From the NCBI RefSeq assembly GCF_001194135.2, contig NC_068989.1, positions 57,818,779-57,870,228 on the forward strand: 51,450 nucleotides of DNA, given 5' to 3'. The notes under the pieces were generated by a model. That model was not told where the DNA came from. It did not search any database and saw nothing but the letters and a program-made list of their open reading frames with translations. Source of the DNA: Octopus bimaculoides (taxonomy: Eukaryota). The position numbers and the translations under genes are program-made. Every line of letters begins with the position of its first letter. The stretch's first letter is position 1. Below are positions 11,085-22,224 of this stretch, one piece after another.

Positions 11085-12830
11085 CCATGTAGCTTTGATG
11101 CTTATACATGAGCATCATATAATCTGCCTTTCTTTCCAAGAAAGACCTTTTGTTACCAACAGAGGTAACAGCTTTCTCCACCTTGCTCTGAAAGCAACTA
11201 TACTTTCAGAACATCCTCTTACACTGCTAATTAGGTCACTTCAATAACAGTACTATCTATTTCCTTTAGAGAACATCCTCGGAATTTGAGAAAACCTATT
11301 TCTTGTGTGTTCTTAGCATTTATTTCTCCTGTGCATCTGTCACATACAAACTCTACTTTGTCTATTAACTTTCCTGTGATCCCATTGCACCTCTGGTGTG
11401 TCTGTAGCTTGCACTGGATACACTGTATGGAATTTCTGCCTGCACTTTTCCAGCATATCAAAGTCAATTTCCTGAACAGAGTAGGGTCCTGTCTGTTTTC
11501 CTGCTAATTACAGCTTTGGTCTAAGTTAACATTAAGGCCCTTTGATTCTAGGTTTTGCTTCCATACCTGGAATTTCTTTTGTCATTCTACAACAGATTCT
11601 GCTATAAGAACAAGGTCTTCAGTATTTACTAGTTCTGAAGGGCAACAGATCTTAGATTCTTCTGTTATGGCATACTATGATGTTAGATTCTTCCGTTAGA
11701 AGATTCTTCTGTTAGAAGATTCTTCTGTTAGAAGATTCTTCTGTTAGAAGATTCTTCTGTTAGAAGATTCTTCTGTTAGAAGATTCTTCTGTTNNNNNNN
11801 NNNGATTCTTCTGTTAGAAGATTCTTCTGTTAGAAGATTCTTCTGTTAGAAGATTCTTCTGTTAGAAGATTCTTCTGTTAGAAGATTCTTCTGTTAGAAG
11901 ATCTTAGATTCTTCTGTTATGGCATACTATGATGAGTAAGAGAGTTTTAACAACCAAGCCCTGGTGAACTTCTATCTGTACATTAAATTTGTTGCTGCAG
12001 GCATTGCTAACTTTCATCTAACTGACAACACCCCTGTACATTGCTTGTACAGTTCTCAAGCCATTTGTCTACCCTCAACTTCCTGAGACCATCAGATTAC
12101 AGAGTAAGGGATCCTGTAGAAGGTTTTCTCCAAGCTGAAAAATGTCGTGTACAATGGCTTATTTTTCACTAAATACTTCTGTTGTCAAAAAAGAAAGAGG
12201 ACATCAGTAATACTCACTGAAACAAAACCAAACTGCATCTCATCTAATCTAATTCTCTTTCAAATTAGTTGGGCTATAACTATTTTTGTAGCTCTCATGA
12301 CCTGGTCTAGTAATTTGATACCTCAGTAACTACTTCTATCTAAAGAATCCCCTTTGCTCTTGTAACAGTTGATAATAATGCTGCTATGCAAGTTGTCAGT
12401 TTAACCCCTTTGTGTATCACCTGTTTAACTGTATGTGTGATTAGGCTGTATCCATCTCTGCCAGATATTTTAAGCATCTCAGTGGTGATTCCTGATGAAT
12501 CAGGGACATTCCTGCCTTCATACCCTTAATTGCTTTATCTATCATCTGCCTTCATACCCTTAATTGCTTTATCTATCATCAGCCAGTCTCCCTGTTGTGT
12601 ACACACTAGGAAGGCCCTCTTCCTCCTCTGCATTCCCCACATTTAGTAGACTTTCATAGTAGCACTTGCATGCCTCTTTCTTTTCAGCATCACTAAGTGC
12701 AAGTGCCCCATTACCCATATGTACACATTTATCACCCACAACATCTCAATTCTCTCTGATACACTGGCTTGCAATCCAGACCATTTAATCTTCTGAACCT
12801 CATGTGTCTTTCAGTTTTCATAGAAAAATA
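11085..12830 (-). mobile_element. Degenerate RTE-clade LINE ORF2 (RT domain, PHD-like Cys/His cluster, thumb)
   Basis: Frameshifted motifs QG..LLIIV, AITEESKICCPSELVNTEDLVLIAES (YADD degenerate), KGLNVN, C..C.H..C..C..C, then CY*SDLISS..GCSESIVA. Confidence 0.85.
11686..11899. repeat. 16-bp minisatellite (GATTCTTCTGTTAGAA)n, at least 12 full units, spanning a 10-N gap
   Basis: Directly visible. Bracketed by a 36-bp direct repeat at 11647-11682 and 11899-11934. Confidence 0.97.
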
Positions 12831-12873
12831 ATACACAGAGCAGAAAAATTGATGAATAATTTAAATTGCTTAC

Positions 12874-13094
12874 TTTTGACAACCAATATTGTCTGTTGTT
12901 GAAGGAAATACATCAAGGTAATTGTGGGAAACATTAAGAGCAACCAGATTCTTCATTCCCCATGGCACTGAACTTGGTAGTGTGTGTAATTTATTACAAG
13001 ATACATTTAAGTATGTGATATTTTGTAAATCATCCCTAAACCAGTTGTTCTTCAGCAGTGGTAGACCAATATTCTTCCAGGTTATTGAGGTCTC
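12874..13094 (-). CDS. LRRK1: LRRK1 exon (start of LRR): ETSITWKNIGLPLLKNNWFRDDLQNITYLNVSCNKLHTLPSSVPWGMKNLVALNVSHNYLDVFPSTTDNIGCQ
   Basis: Acceptor caaactttag, donor AA|gtaagc, phase 0/2. Closely resembles recalled LRRK1 W..L.LP..W..ITELDLS.N.L.TLPS.IPWGL.NL. Confidence 0.95.
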
Positions 13095-13599
13095 CTAAAG
13101 TTTGAAAAATATATTTAAATAAATAAATCTCTACTATGTTAATAGTTGATATACATGTTGGTTGGTTGATTGGTAGATTGATCTCTCCAGTCATACTTTA
13201 CATCACATAGAAAGAAAGGGAAGAGTAAATGAGAAAGACAGAGAGACAGTTAACATAAGAGGTGCATGATGAGTGGAGAGAAAGAAAGAATCATTGAGAG
13301 GGAGGAAAAGACAGAGTGGTAGTGGGAGAAGTTATACAAATGAGAAATTTGTTTTATTTAATTTTATTTTAAGGTAATATCTTTTTTCCTTTTGAAAAAT
13401 GGCATTCATTTCAACATCTTGTATGAGTATAAAAAAAACTGGCATAATGACTCTCCCTAGACACAACAAAATTGGTAAAAGTTAAAATGATAATTATCGT
13501 ACATACAATAATCCCTCAACTATCGCACATATTACGTTCCACACACCCCACCCCCTGCAAAAGGTGAAAATCCATGAAGTAGAAACAGTACTGTACTAT

Positions 13600-13801
13600 T
13601 CTTTTATTTGTTTCTGTCAATTGACTGCGGCCATGCTGGAGCACCAGCTTTAGTCGAACAAATCAACCCCAGGATTTATTCTTTGTAAGCCTAGTACTTA
13701 TTCTATCAGACTCTTTTGCCAAGCCGCTAAATTATGGAGACATAAACGCACCGACATCAGTTGTCAAGCAATGGTGTAGGGAACAAACACAGACACACAA
13801 G

Positions 13802-13849
<48 letters not shown>

Positions 13850-14010
13850 TACAATGGGCTTCTTTCAGTTTCTGTCTAACAAATCCACTCACAAGGCTTT
13901 GGTCAGCCTGAGGCTATACTATAAGATACTTGCCTAAGGTGCCATGCAGTGGGACTGAACTCGGAACCATGTAGTTGGAAAGCAAGCTACTTACCACACA
14001 GCCACTCCTG
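13600..14010 (-). mobile_element. tRNA-derived SINE family A with central (AT)n
   Basis: Minus-strand head GTGGCTGTGTGGTAAG (A box) and GGTTCCGAGTTCAGTCCC (B box-like). The same body recurs at least 8 times in the window. Confidence 0.88.
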
Positions 14011-14254
14011 ATTTGTTTTTATTATTTTTATAATTTGTATATATTTATTTTATTATAAATGCAAAACAACACTACGGAGGAATCAACCTAAGCTTAGATA
14101 ATAAACCACGATATGGTGAGGGATTACTGTATGTCATATTTTCTGATATGGCAAAAGTATGATGGCAAAAGTATGATTCCAATGGCACCCATCATATGAC
14201 ATGTAACGCTCTAGTTAATAAATAATCATCAGCAGCAGTTAATACATAATCATC

Positions 14255-14730
14255 AACATTTAACATCCATTTTCTATGCTGGCATGGGCTGGACAGCTTG
14301 ACAGAAACTGGCAAGGCCAGGAGCCACATCAGGTTCCACAGTCTGTTTTGCCTTGGTTTCTACAGCTGGATGGCCTTCCTAATGTCAGCAACGTTACAGA
14401 GTGTACTGGGTGTTTGGGTGTTTTTAATGCAGCACTAGCACCCACACTAATGCTTTTTTATATGGCACCTTAGTTTAAGGATCTCAATTCTGTTGTGGTG
14501 GGTGGATTTTCTCAAGTACAGCAATGCGCCACATAACCTAGTCCTCTATCATCTCCTTCATAAGGCTCAGCATTCTGAGACCGGCCTTCAGTACTTCGTC
14601 CCATGTCTTCCGCTTCCACAACTTTCATCCACTTTAAAATGATCAGCACTCCTTTATGCAACTGTCCCCATCCATCCACTTCACATGACCAAACCAGCGC
14701 AGTCGCTTCTCTTTCACACCACATCTAATC
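14255..14730 (-). mobile_element. RTE-clade LINE 3' end
   Basis: gcgactgcgctggtttggtcatgtg (RRLRWFGHV) and a 3'UTR matching 4157-4850. Confidence 0.85.
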
Positions 14731-15147
14731 CCTAAATAACAGAATAACTTTTTGTGTAGGTACAAGAGCAGATATTTGGGGAGAGCGAAAATAGATTGCT
14801 ATATTGAGCTCAGTAATTGAGTGGTACATTATATATTCCCAACAAAGGCAAAAATGACCTTAGCAAGATTTCAACTCAGAACATAAAGAGCTGGAGCAAA
14901 TACTGCAAATCTTTATCTTTTATTTGTTCCCTCAGTCAGAGAAAAGAAAGCAGATTTCATGGAAGAAAGAAAGAGAAAGCAAGAGGGAGAAAGAGAGAGT
15001 AACAGGGAGGAAGGGGGAGGGGGTATGAGAAAGTGAAAGTAGGAATTAGAAAGAGAGAATATGAATGAAAAAGAGAAAGATGGAGAAAGAGATAGTAGAA
15101 GAGAGAAAAAAGGTAAGAAAGAGAAAGACAGAAATGAATAGAGATAC

Positions 15148-15275
15148 CGTTGCTTCTCTGTTAATATGCTCTTGAAGAAATGTTTCAGCAATCATCTCAG
15201 GAAACTGATGACAAATCATCTCAGTTAATGTGTAACCATTTTCAGCCAAATATTTCACAACCTTGCCATGTTTTT
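15148..15275 (-). CDS. LRRK1: LRRK1 exon (last ankyrin helix and linker): KHGKVVKYLAENGYTLTEMICHQFPEMIAETFLQEHINREAT
   Basis: Acceptor gatttcacacag, donor ACG|gtatct, phase 1/0. Completes the LYIACKEKHGKVVKYL ankyrin motif begun in the previous exon. Confidence 0.88.
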
Positions 15276-15532
15276 CTGTGTGAAATCAAATAAAATAACT
15301 GACTGGAATTAGAAACAGAGAACTGGAAACAAAAGCAAAATATTAAAAGCTTGATTTCTGTGCAATAATAAGCATAGTGACATAGAGGGTTTTTTTTCTT
15401 GATTTCTAAATTCAATCCTGAAATTTTAGATTTTAAATTAAGTCTAACTTAAGAGCATAATAAATTATTTAATTTGGGCTAAAAACTAGGCACAAAAATT
15501 GACCATTTTCTGTCTTCTACTATAATTCCATG

Positions 15533-15775
15533 TAGCGGTGCGTGGTTTAGTGGTTAGGGTGTTGGACTCATGATCGTAAGATTGTGGTTTCAATTCCTGA
15601 ACTAGGTGATGTGTTGTTGAGCAAAATACTTCATTTTACGTTGCTCCAGTCCACTCAGCTGGCAAAAGTGAGTAATCCTGTGATGGACCGGCGTCCCATC
15701 CAGATGGGGAATATATATGCTACTGAAACCAGGAAACCAGCCCTCATGAGCCTGGCATGGCTCGAGAAGGAAACA
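15533..15775 (+). mobile_element. tRNA-derived SINE (family E)
   Basis: A box TGGTTTAGTGG and B box-like GGTTTCAATTCC, followed by the ttgagcaa..gctccagtccactcagc segment shared with other SINEs. Confidence 0.75.
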
Positions 15776-15799
15776 CACACATTATAATTCCATTCCTGA

Positions 15800-16050
15800 C
15801 CCTCTGTCGATTACAATGAGGGTTCCAGTTGATCTGATCAACAGAAGAGCCTGCTCTTGAAATTAACATACAAGTTAATTCCACAAACACATGTACTCTT
15901 AACATAGTTCTCAGTGTGACACAGAATGTGTCAAAACTGACCAGTTCAAATACAGGTACTACTCAGTTTTGCCAGGTGAGTGGACTGGAGCAACATGAAA
16001 TAAAGTATCTTGCTCAAGGACACAACACATTGCCAGATATTGAACTCATG
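15800..16050 (-). mobile_element. tRNA-derived SINE family D
   Basis: Reverse complement of 22725-23105 (gggttccagttgatc.gatcaacagaa.agcctgctc). Confidence 0.75.
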
Positions 16051-16073
16051 ACCATATAGTGAATGGGGAAAGC

Positions 16074-16235
16074 TTAATCTGCAATGTTTGCAGTCGTGTA
16101 TGCTTGTCAAGAGCAGGGCTCATTAGCCACCAACGGAGCCGCAAATGCAAAATATAAGTTAGTCCTAGAGCGCACAGTGTTCTTGAAGGTCGGCAATGGT
16201 CTTCCTCGGTCACAAGTGGACGGCCATCATCATCA
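16074..16235 (+). mobile_element. 3' end of an RTE/BovB-like LINE with a C-terminal zinc-finger motif
   Basis: 16074-16157 translates LICNVCSRVCLSRAGLISHQRSRKCKI*, followed by a short UTR and a (CAT)n tail. Confidence 0.65.
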
Positions 16236-16508
16236 TGTATATATGTATGTATATACACATATATATATATATATGAAATTGTAAATGTTAGGATGTTTGA
16301 GAGGTGAATAAATGTTTATTTAACCATATAACTTCTACAGGATTACAGCCATTTCACAGCTTTCTTCATTTGGTATTCATTTCAGTATTTCAAGAAATTA
16401 TGTGTACATGTTTGCATTACTTTGTAATTGATAACTACAGGGACAGAGTCCATAAAAGGAGGTTACTGAGATAGCCAAAAGCTTCTCTGAATTCATATTT
16501 TATACTAC

Positions 16509-16539
<31 letters not shown>

Positions 16540-16556
16540 TTCTTTCTCTCTTTGTG

Positions 16557-16595
<39 letters not shown>

Positions 16596-16619
16596 CATGC
16601 ATGTGTGTGTTTGTCTTTT

Positions 16620-16915
16620 ATCTTTTACTTGTTTCAGTCAATGGATTGTGGCCATATTGGAGCACTTGAATGAATTGAGTCAAACGAATCAACCTCAGTA
16701 ATTATGCCTTTTTTAAGTCTGGTACTTATTCTATTGGTCATCTTTGCTGAACTGCTAAGTTATAACTTGTTTCTTACAGTTTCCATATACCAAATCCATT
16801 CACAAGGCTTTGGTCAACCCAGGGTTATAGTAGAGGACACATGCCCAAGGTTCTAGACAACCAGATTGATTACATGGTTGGGAAGCAAGCTTTGTAACCA
16901 CACAGCTATGCCTGT
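16620..16915 (-). mobile_element. SINE family A, degenerate
   Basis: gtttcagtca..ggcca..gagcac..aatccattcacaaggctttggtc..accacacagc. Confidence 0.8.
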
Positions 16916-16995
16916 GGCTATACAAAAAAACAAAAGACAACAACAACCAAATTGCAAATTTTGTTACAAATATTGAATAGTGGAATAATACAAAC

Positions 16996-17187
16996 CTTTA
17001 CATGCTATATAAAGTGGGTCCATTTCATTTTGGTTAACAGTGACACTAGAAGACTCTGAAGTGGTGGATGTCTGTTGTGAAGTTGGTAGTTTATAAAACA
17101 CTGACCAGAATTTCACAGCTTCTAAATGACCTCCAATACAAGCAGCTAAAAGTAGGGTTTTCTGTACACTTTTATTACATAATGTAT
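16996..17187 (-). CDS. LRRK1: LRRK1 exon (ankyrin): DTLCNKSVQKTLLLAACIGGHLEAVKFWSVFYKLPTSQQTSTTSESSSVTVNQNEMDPLYIACK
   Basis: Acceptor ttatcttttgcag, donor AAG|gtttgt, phase 1/1. Ankyrin motifs LLAAC.GGHLEAVK and PLYIAC. Not in the ORF track. Confidence 0.9.
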
Positions 17188-17399
17188 CTGCAAAAGATAA
17201 AATGATTTATACAATCTATATAATACATACATACATATATATATGTGTGTATACATATATATAATCTAAATAATAAGAAAACAAAGAAATTCTTTAACAC
17301 ATCTTTAATGATTCATTTCAATTGTTCCTGTACCATCTCTGCTTGCAATGCCAGTTTACACAAAAATTTGAAGTGGAAATTTATGTAATGTTTGCAGTT

Positions 17400-17885
17400 T
17401 TAGACATCAGAGACAAAAATATGACAGTCCCAATTGATATAAATGTATCTGTCAAGACCAACCAAAAACTGAGCAAGTATAAAGATCTTGAAATAGAAAT
17501 TGGCAAAATGTGGAACCTCAAGACTAAAACAATACCTGTTGTTATAGGTGCTCTGGGAATGATAGCAAAAGGGGCTGATTGCTACCTAGCTCAGATACCA
17601 GGAAACCCCAAAATGGCAGAAATTCAAAAGATAGTGCTCATAGGAACTGCCCATATCCTACATAAAATACTGTCTATGTAATCTCAAATTTAACAAACTC
17701 ATAATCTTCTTATGTTTTCTTAAACATTCTCTAGAACAATACTATGTGCAAAACCAAATATATGACATCCTAGGCATAACACCAGCATGAACTTCTAACT
17801 TGTCTCTTGAGGTCTCTGGGTGAGACTTGGAACCAACTTGTACAAAGGTAAAGCAAAAGTCAAACATAAAATAATAATAATAAAA
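17400..17885 (+). mobile_element. REL-endonuclease non-LTR retrotransposon 3' end (R4/Dong/HERO-like)
   Basis: KLSKYKDLEIEIGKMWNLKTKTIPVVIGALG..IQKIVLIGTAHIL is the restriction-like endonuclease C-terminus. (TAA)n tail at about 17870-17885. Confidence 0.85.
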
Positions 17886-17903
17886 ATAATGTATTGGACC
17901 TAC

Positions 17904-18078
17904 CATGGTCAAACTTAATGAGTTGTTTCAAGATATTTACATGACCATTGATTGTAGCCTGGTAGAAACAAGAATCTTCTGAGCAAATACTCTGCTTAGA
18001 TAACATGACTCCCTTATGGAAAAGTAGGTTGACAACATCCTTGAAATTATTCTTGCAAGCTTGTACCAGAATTTTGCA
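17904..18078 (-). CDS. LRRK1: LRRK1 exon (ankyrin): CKILVQACKNNFKDVVNLLFHKGVMLSKQSICSEDSCFYQATINGHVNILKQLIKFDH
   Basis: Acceptor ttttcatttccag, donor ATG|gtaggt, phase 0/1. Two ankyrin-like repeats. Confidence 0.9.
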
Positions 18079-18899
18079 CTGGAAATGAAAATGAAAGTAC
18101 ATTAAATAAATATAAAAGATTTAAACTGAGGAAATGACAATAGACCAAGATGCTTGGTAATATGAGGTTCTAGAGAAGACGCATCCACAAAACTGGGTGC
18201 TGGGAGAGTTGTGTCCCACCCACATGTAACAACACACTTTTCACCCACCCTACCCTAAGAAACCGAACTACAACTCCTCTTCTAAACTGCATCTCTTTCT
18301 TCCTCACATTTTCTCTTCATAAACTATGATTGTTTTCCCATCTCCTTTCTTGCCCTCACTGCCCTGCTCACTATATTGCTGCTCCCCCACCCCTAACACC
18401 CACATGCTATTTTTCTACCCAGGTTCTACGCTCAGATCTTTGTTACTTGTGAGTATATCCTAGCACTACACCATCTTTCTTCTGCTCTCTCTTACACTTT
18501 TGCTGTTTCCTACTCTCTCTCTCTCTCTCTCTTTCCCTTGGTCACTCTCTCTTCTTCTCTTGTTTTTCCTCTGACTAGGTGACCAAGTGTCTCCTTTACA
18601 TCAGCACATTTGTTTCTGGCCTCTTTCTTGTACCTCCCTTCCTCACTCTCTCTATCTCTCTCTCTCTCTCTCACTGGGTAACCATATACCTTCTCTATAG
18701 CAAGACAACTATTGCTACCTCTCTATTTCGCTGTCACACTCTAATCTTTCATCATCCAATACTGGATCACCTCCTCTAATGTCCCCTCTGTTGTGGCAAG
18801 ACACCTGCTTCTGTTTCTCTGACTCTCTGTTACACTCTAACCTTTCATCCTCGGACACAGGCTCCCCTCCTCAAATACACCTACCCCTCTCATAATTCC

Positions 18900-19220
18900 T
18901 TGTATTGTGAGTTACTTGGTGACCCTGCCAGTGCTGGTGCCATGTTAAAAGCATTCAGTCCACACCATAAAGTACTTGGCATTTGGAAGGGCATCCAGCT
19001 GTAAAAAGCATGCCAAAACTAACCTCACCTGTACTAGTGCCACGTAAAAAGCACTGAGTCCACTCTGCATAGTGGTTGGTATTAGGACAGGCATCCAGCC
19101 ATAAAATCCCTGCCAAAATAAACACAGTAGCCTAGGGTAGTTCTTTTATGTGGCTGGCTCCTGTCAGCTGTCCTACCCATGCATGTATGGAAGATGGACA
19201 TTAAATGATGATGATGATGA
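18900..19220 (+). mobile_element. RTE 3'UTR fragment with (GAT)n tail
   Basis: ggcatttggaagggcatccagctgtaaaa..ccatgcatgtatggaagatggacattaaatgatgatg. Confidence 0.75.
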
Positions 19221-19974
19221 TTACAATACAATAGTATTATTTTCCAGCGAAATAAAGCACCATAAAGGTAGAATTATAAATAGGAAATAGTAGCACAACA
19301 AGGTACCAATTTTTGCTGGAAATAGTGGTCAATAACCATTCAATGCTAGGTAAAGCTTCAATGAATATACAGAGGCAAAGATATGTGTAGGAAGCGAAGA
19401 TAAAAAATTCTTATCTTAACTCTAGGAAGAACGCCAGAGAAATGGACAATCTAGTACTATAGTTTTGGACTTTTCAGAATACATTTTTTTCCCTCCACAA
19501 AAATATTTTCAGGCCTTATGCCTAAAATAGAAAGAACTATTGTTATTATTATTATTTAAGGCGGCGAGCTGGCAGAATCATTAGCACACTGGGCATAATG
19601 CTTTGCAGCTTTCGTCCATCATCATGTTCTGAGTTCAAATTCCATTGAGGTTGACTTTGCCTTTCATCATTTTGGGATGTAAATATAAATGAGAAGAGTA
19701 TACTCAGTAGTCAAAAGCATAAAAACTGAAGTGGAAAAGGTGATGGAATAATGAGAAAAGAAAGGCCAGGAATTGATATTTGAGAGGTGCAAATAAGGGA
19801 GTACAGGGAGTATTCAGTACCTAGAGCATGTAAATTTACTCAGGTGGTTGAGGAGAGAAACAGGAGACAGACAGATAGTGAATAATGACACCAGAAGGAC
19901 CAGAATGATTGAGAGAGTGGAGCAAACAAGAACTTGATGGAAAAGATATGTTGGGAGATGTTGAGAGTCATCAA

Positions 19975-20115
19975 CTGCCAAGTACAATAGTTTACTCTTA
20001 GCTAAGTATTCCTCAAGCAATTCTCTGACTAGGAAGACAGCATCTGTGGTACCTCTTCAAGGCATAAAGTCCAATTGCTTCTTATCTAAACTAATTCTGT
20101 TCTTCACCAACAGTG
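19975..20115 (-). mobile_element. RTE reverse-transcriptase fragment
   Basis: Minus strand reads QLDFMP*RGTTDAVFLVRELLEEYLAKSKLLYLA, a degenerate form of the RT motif QFGFMPGRGTTDAIF. Confidence 0.75.
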
Positions 20116-20496
20116 CTGTGCAGGGCTGTCTTAGCAGCATAATAGGCACTTGAGCAAATCAATACACTGGGCCCTATAATATTTATACATTGACAACAAA
20201 CCACCTACATACATAGAACAGAATTGGACCCCCCACACCTGTGAGGCTTCTGGGCAATTGCACCGAGTGTCAATATCTTAAGATAGGATTGATACAAAGA
20301 CTGTTTCTATATTAGTCCAGTAATCTGATGCTTTGATAATTCCTTACTCTAAAGCAGTGGTTCTCAACCAAGGTCATATAGCCCTTGGAGGTCCATATAT
20401 GATTTTGTTGTTAAAATTTACGTGGAAGATATTAGTTATACTTTTATAACACATAAAATAGTTTAACAATTCTCTTTATTCATTTCCTAATAATAT

Positions 20497-20810
20497 AGCT
20501 CAGTGGTTAGTATCAGGCTCACAATCATTAGGTAGTGAGTTCAATTTCGGACTGGGCTGTGTATTGTGTTCTTGAGCAAGACACTTTATTTAACATTGCT
20601 CCAGTTCACTCAGCTGTAGAAATGAGTTGTAACGTCACTGGTGCAAAGCTGTATCAGTCTTTGCCTTTCCTTTGGATAACATTGGTGGTATGGAGAAGGT
20701 AGGCTGGTATGTATGGGCGACTGCTGGTCTTCCATACACAACCTTGCCTGAACTTGTGTCTCAGAGGGTAACTTTCTAGGTGCAATCCCATGGTTATTTA
20801 TGACCAAAGT
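20497..20810 (+). mobile_element. tRNA-derived SINE family C
   Basis: A box AGCTCAGTGG and B box-like GAGTTCAATTTC. Near-identical to 21891-22215. Confidence 0.85.
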
Positions 20811-21004
20811 GTATGTGTGGAGGTTACCCTTTACTCTTTATTTATCCCACTTCACAAGGTATTTTGAATGTTATCTCAGTGACTATCCTTAATGGGCCAG
20901 CAGCTTTCCCTACCTTCATGTCCTTAATTGCTTTATCTATTGTCAACATGAATTGATAGCAATTTCAGTAGAGGCAGCATGACATAACACCTCTTTATCC
21001 TTTT

Positions 21005-21047
<43 letters not shown>

Positions 21048-21318
21048 GTGTGAGTGTGTGAGGGAGAGAGAAAGAGGGAGAGAGAAAGAGGGAGAGAGAA
21101 AGAGGGAGAGAGAGAGATCATAGGTCATCATTGAAGGTGAATGTTATTTGTTGGCATGAACTGTTCAGCTTAGCAGAATCCAAGTACTACAGTGTGATCC
21201 AGTGTCTGCTTTGTCANNNNNNNNNNNNNNNNNNNNNNNNNNNNNNNNNNNNNNNNNNNNNNNNNNNNNNNNNNNNNNNNNNNNNNNNNNNNNNNNNNNN
21301 NNNNNNNNNNNNNNNNNN

Positions 21319-21378
<60 letters not shown>

Positions 21379-21890
21379 TGTGTGTGTGTATGTAATGTAT
21401 GAAATAAAACAGTTTTGACTATTGGAGTATCAGTGAAGTTTGTTTTCTACTGGATACAAAGTACTGAACGCATCCTAACTAGTATAATCCTGATAAAACA
21501 GGCTGAAAGAAGATAAAACCATCATCATAAGAGACCGCACAAAGCACTTATGAATTATGTGTGGTGGTGGTGGTGGTGGTGGTGCTGCTGCTGCTGCTAA
21601 CAATATCTAACTGAATTCTTCTGTTGTACCTACTTACACTTTAGTGGACTTAGCCATTGAGAGTTAAGTGTTTTGTCAAGGACATATTATTAAAGCTTTA
21701 AAGGCAAGTCACAAATTGACAAAGAAATTGCCACCCTATCAAGTAGTTAGTATGTACTATACCTATGTACATACGTATGTATGTATGTATGTATGTGTGT
21801 GTGAGTGTGTGTGTGGGTGTGTATGTATGTGTGTGTGCATGCATGTGTGTGTGTATATGTATGTGTGTATGTATCATTTCCTAATAATAT

Positions 21891-22215
21891 AGCTCAGTGG
21901 TTAGTATCGGGCTCACAATCACGAGGTAGTGAGTTCGATTCTGGACTGGGCTGTGTATTATGTTCTAGAGCAAAACACTTTATTTAACATTGCTCCAGTT
22001 CACTCAGCTGTAGAAATGAGTTGTAACATCACTGGTGCAAAGCTGTATCAGTCTTTGCCTTTCCTTTGGATAACATTGGTGGTATGGAGAAGGTAGGTTG
22101 GTATGCACACGCAACTGCTGGTCTTCCATAAACAACTTTGCCTGGACTTGTGCCTCAGAGGGGAACTTTCATGGTGCAATCTCATGGTCATTCATGACCA
22201 AAGGGGGCTTTTACA
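21891..22215 (+). mobile_element. tRNA-derived SINE family C
   Basis: A box AGCTCAGTGG and B box GAGTTCGATTC. Same body as 20497-20810. Confidence 0.85.
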
Positions 22216-22224
22216 TTAACTGGT

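Noticed and set aside
11686-11899. CRISPR-like array of palindromic repeats
   Set aside because: The units are contiguous with no unique spacers, there are no cas genes, the context is a eukaryotic intron, and the unit derives from adjacent LINE sequence.
12512-12579. 34-bp tandem duplication
   Set aside because: A simple slippage duplication inside a decayed RTE relic, with no sign of function.
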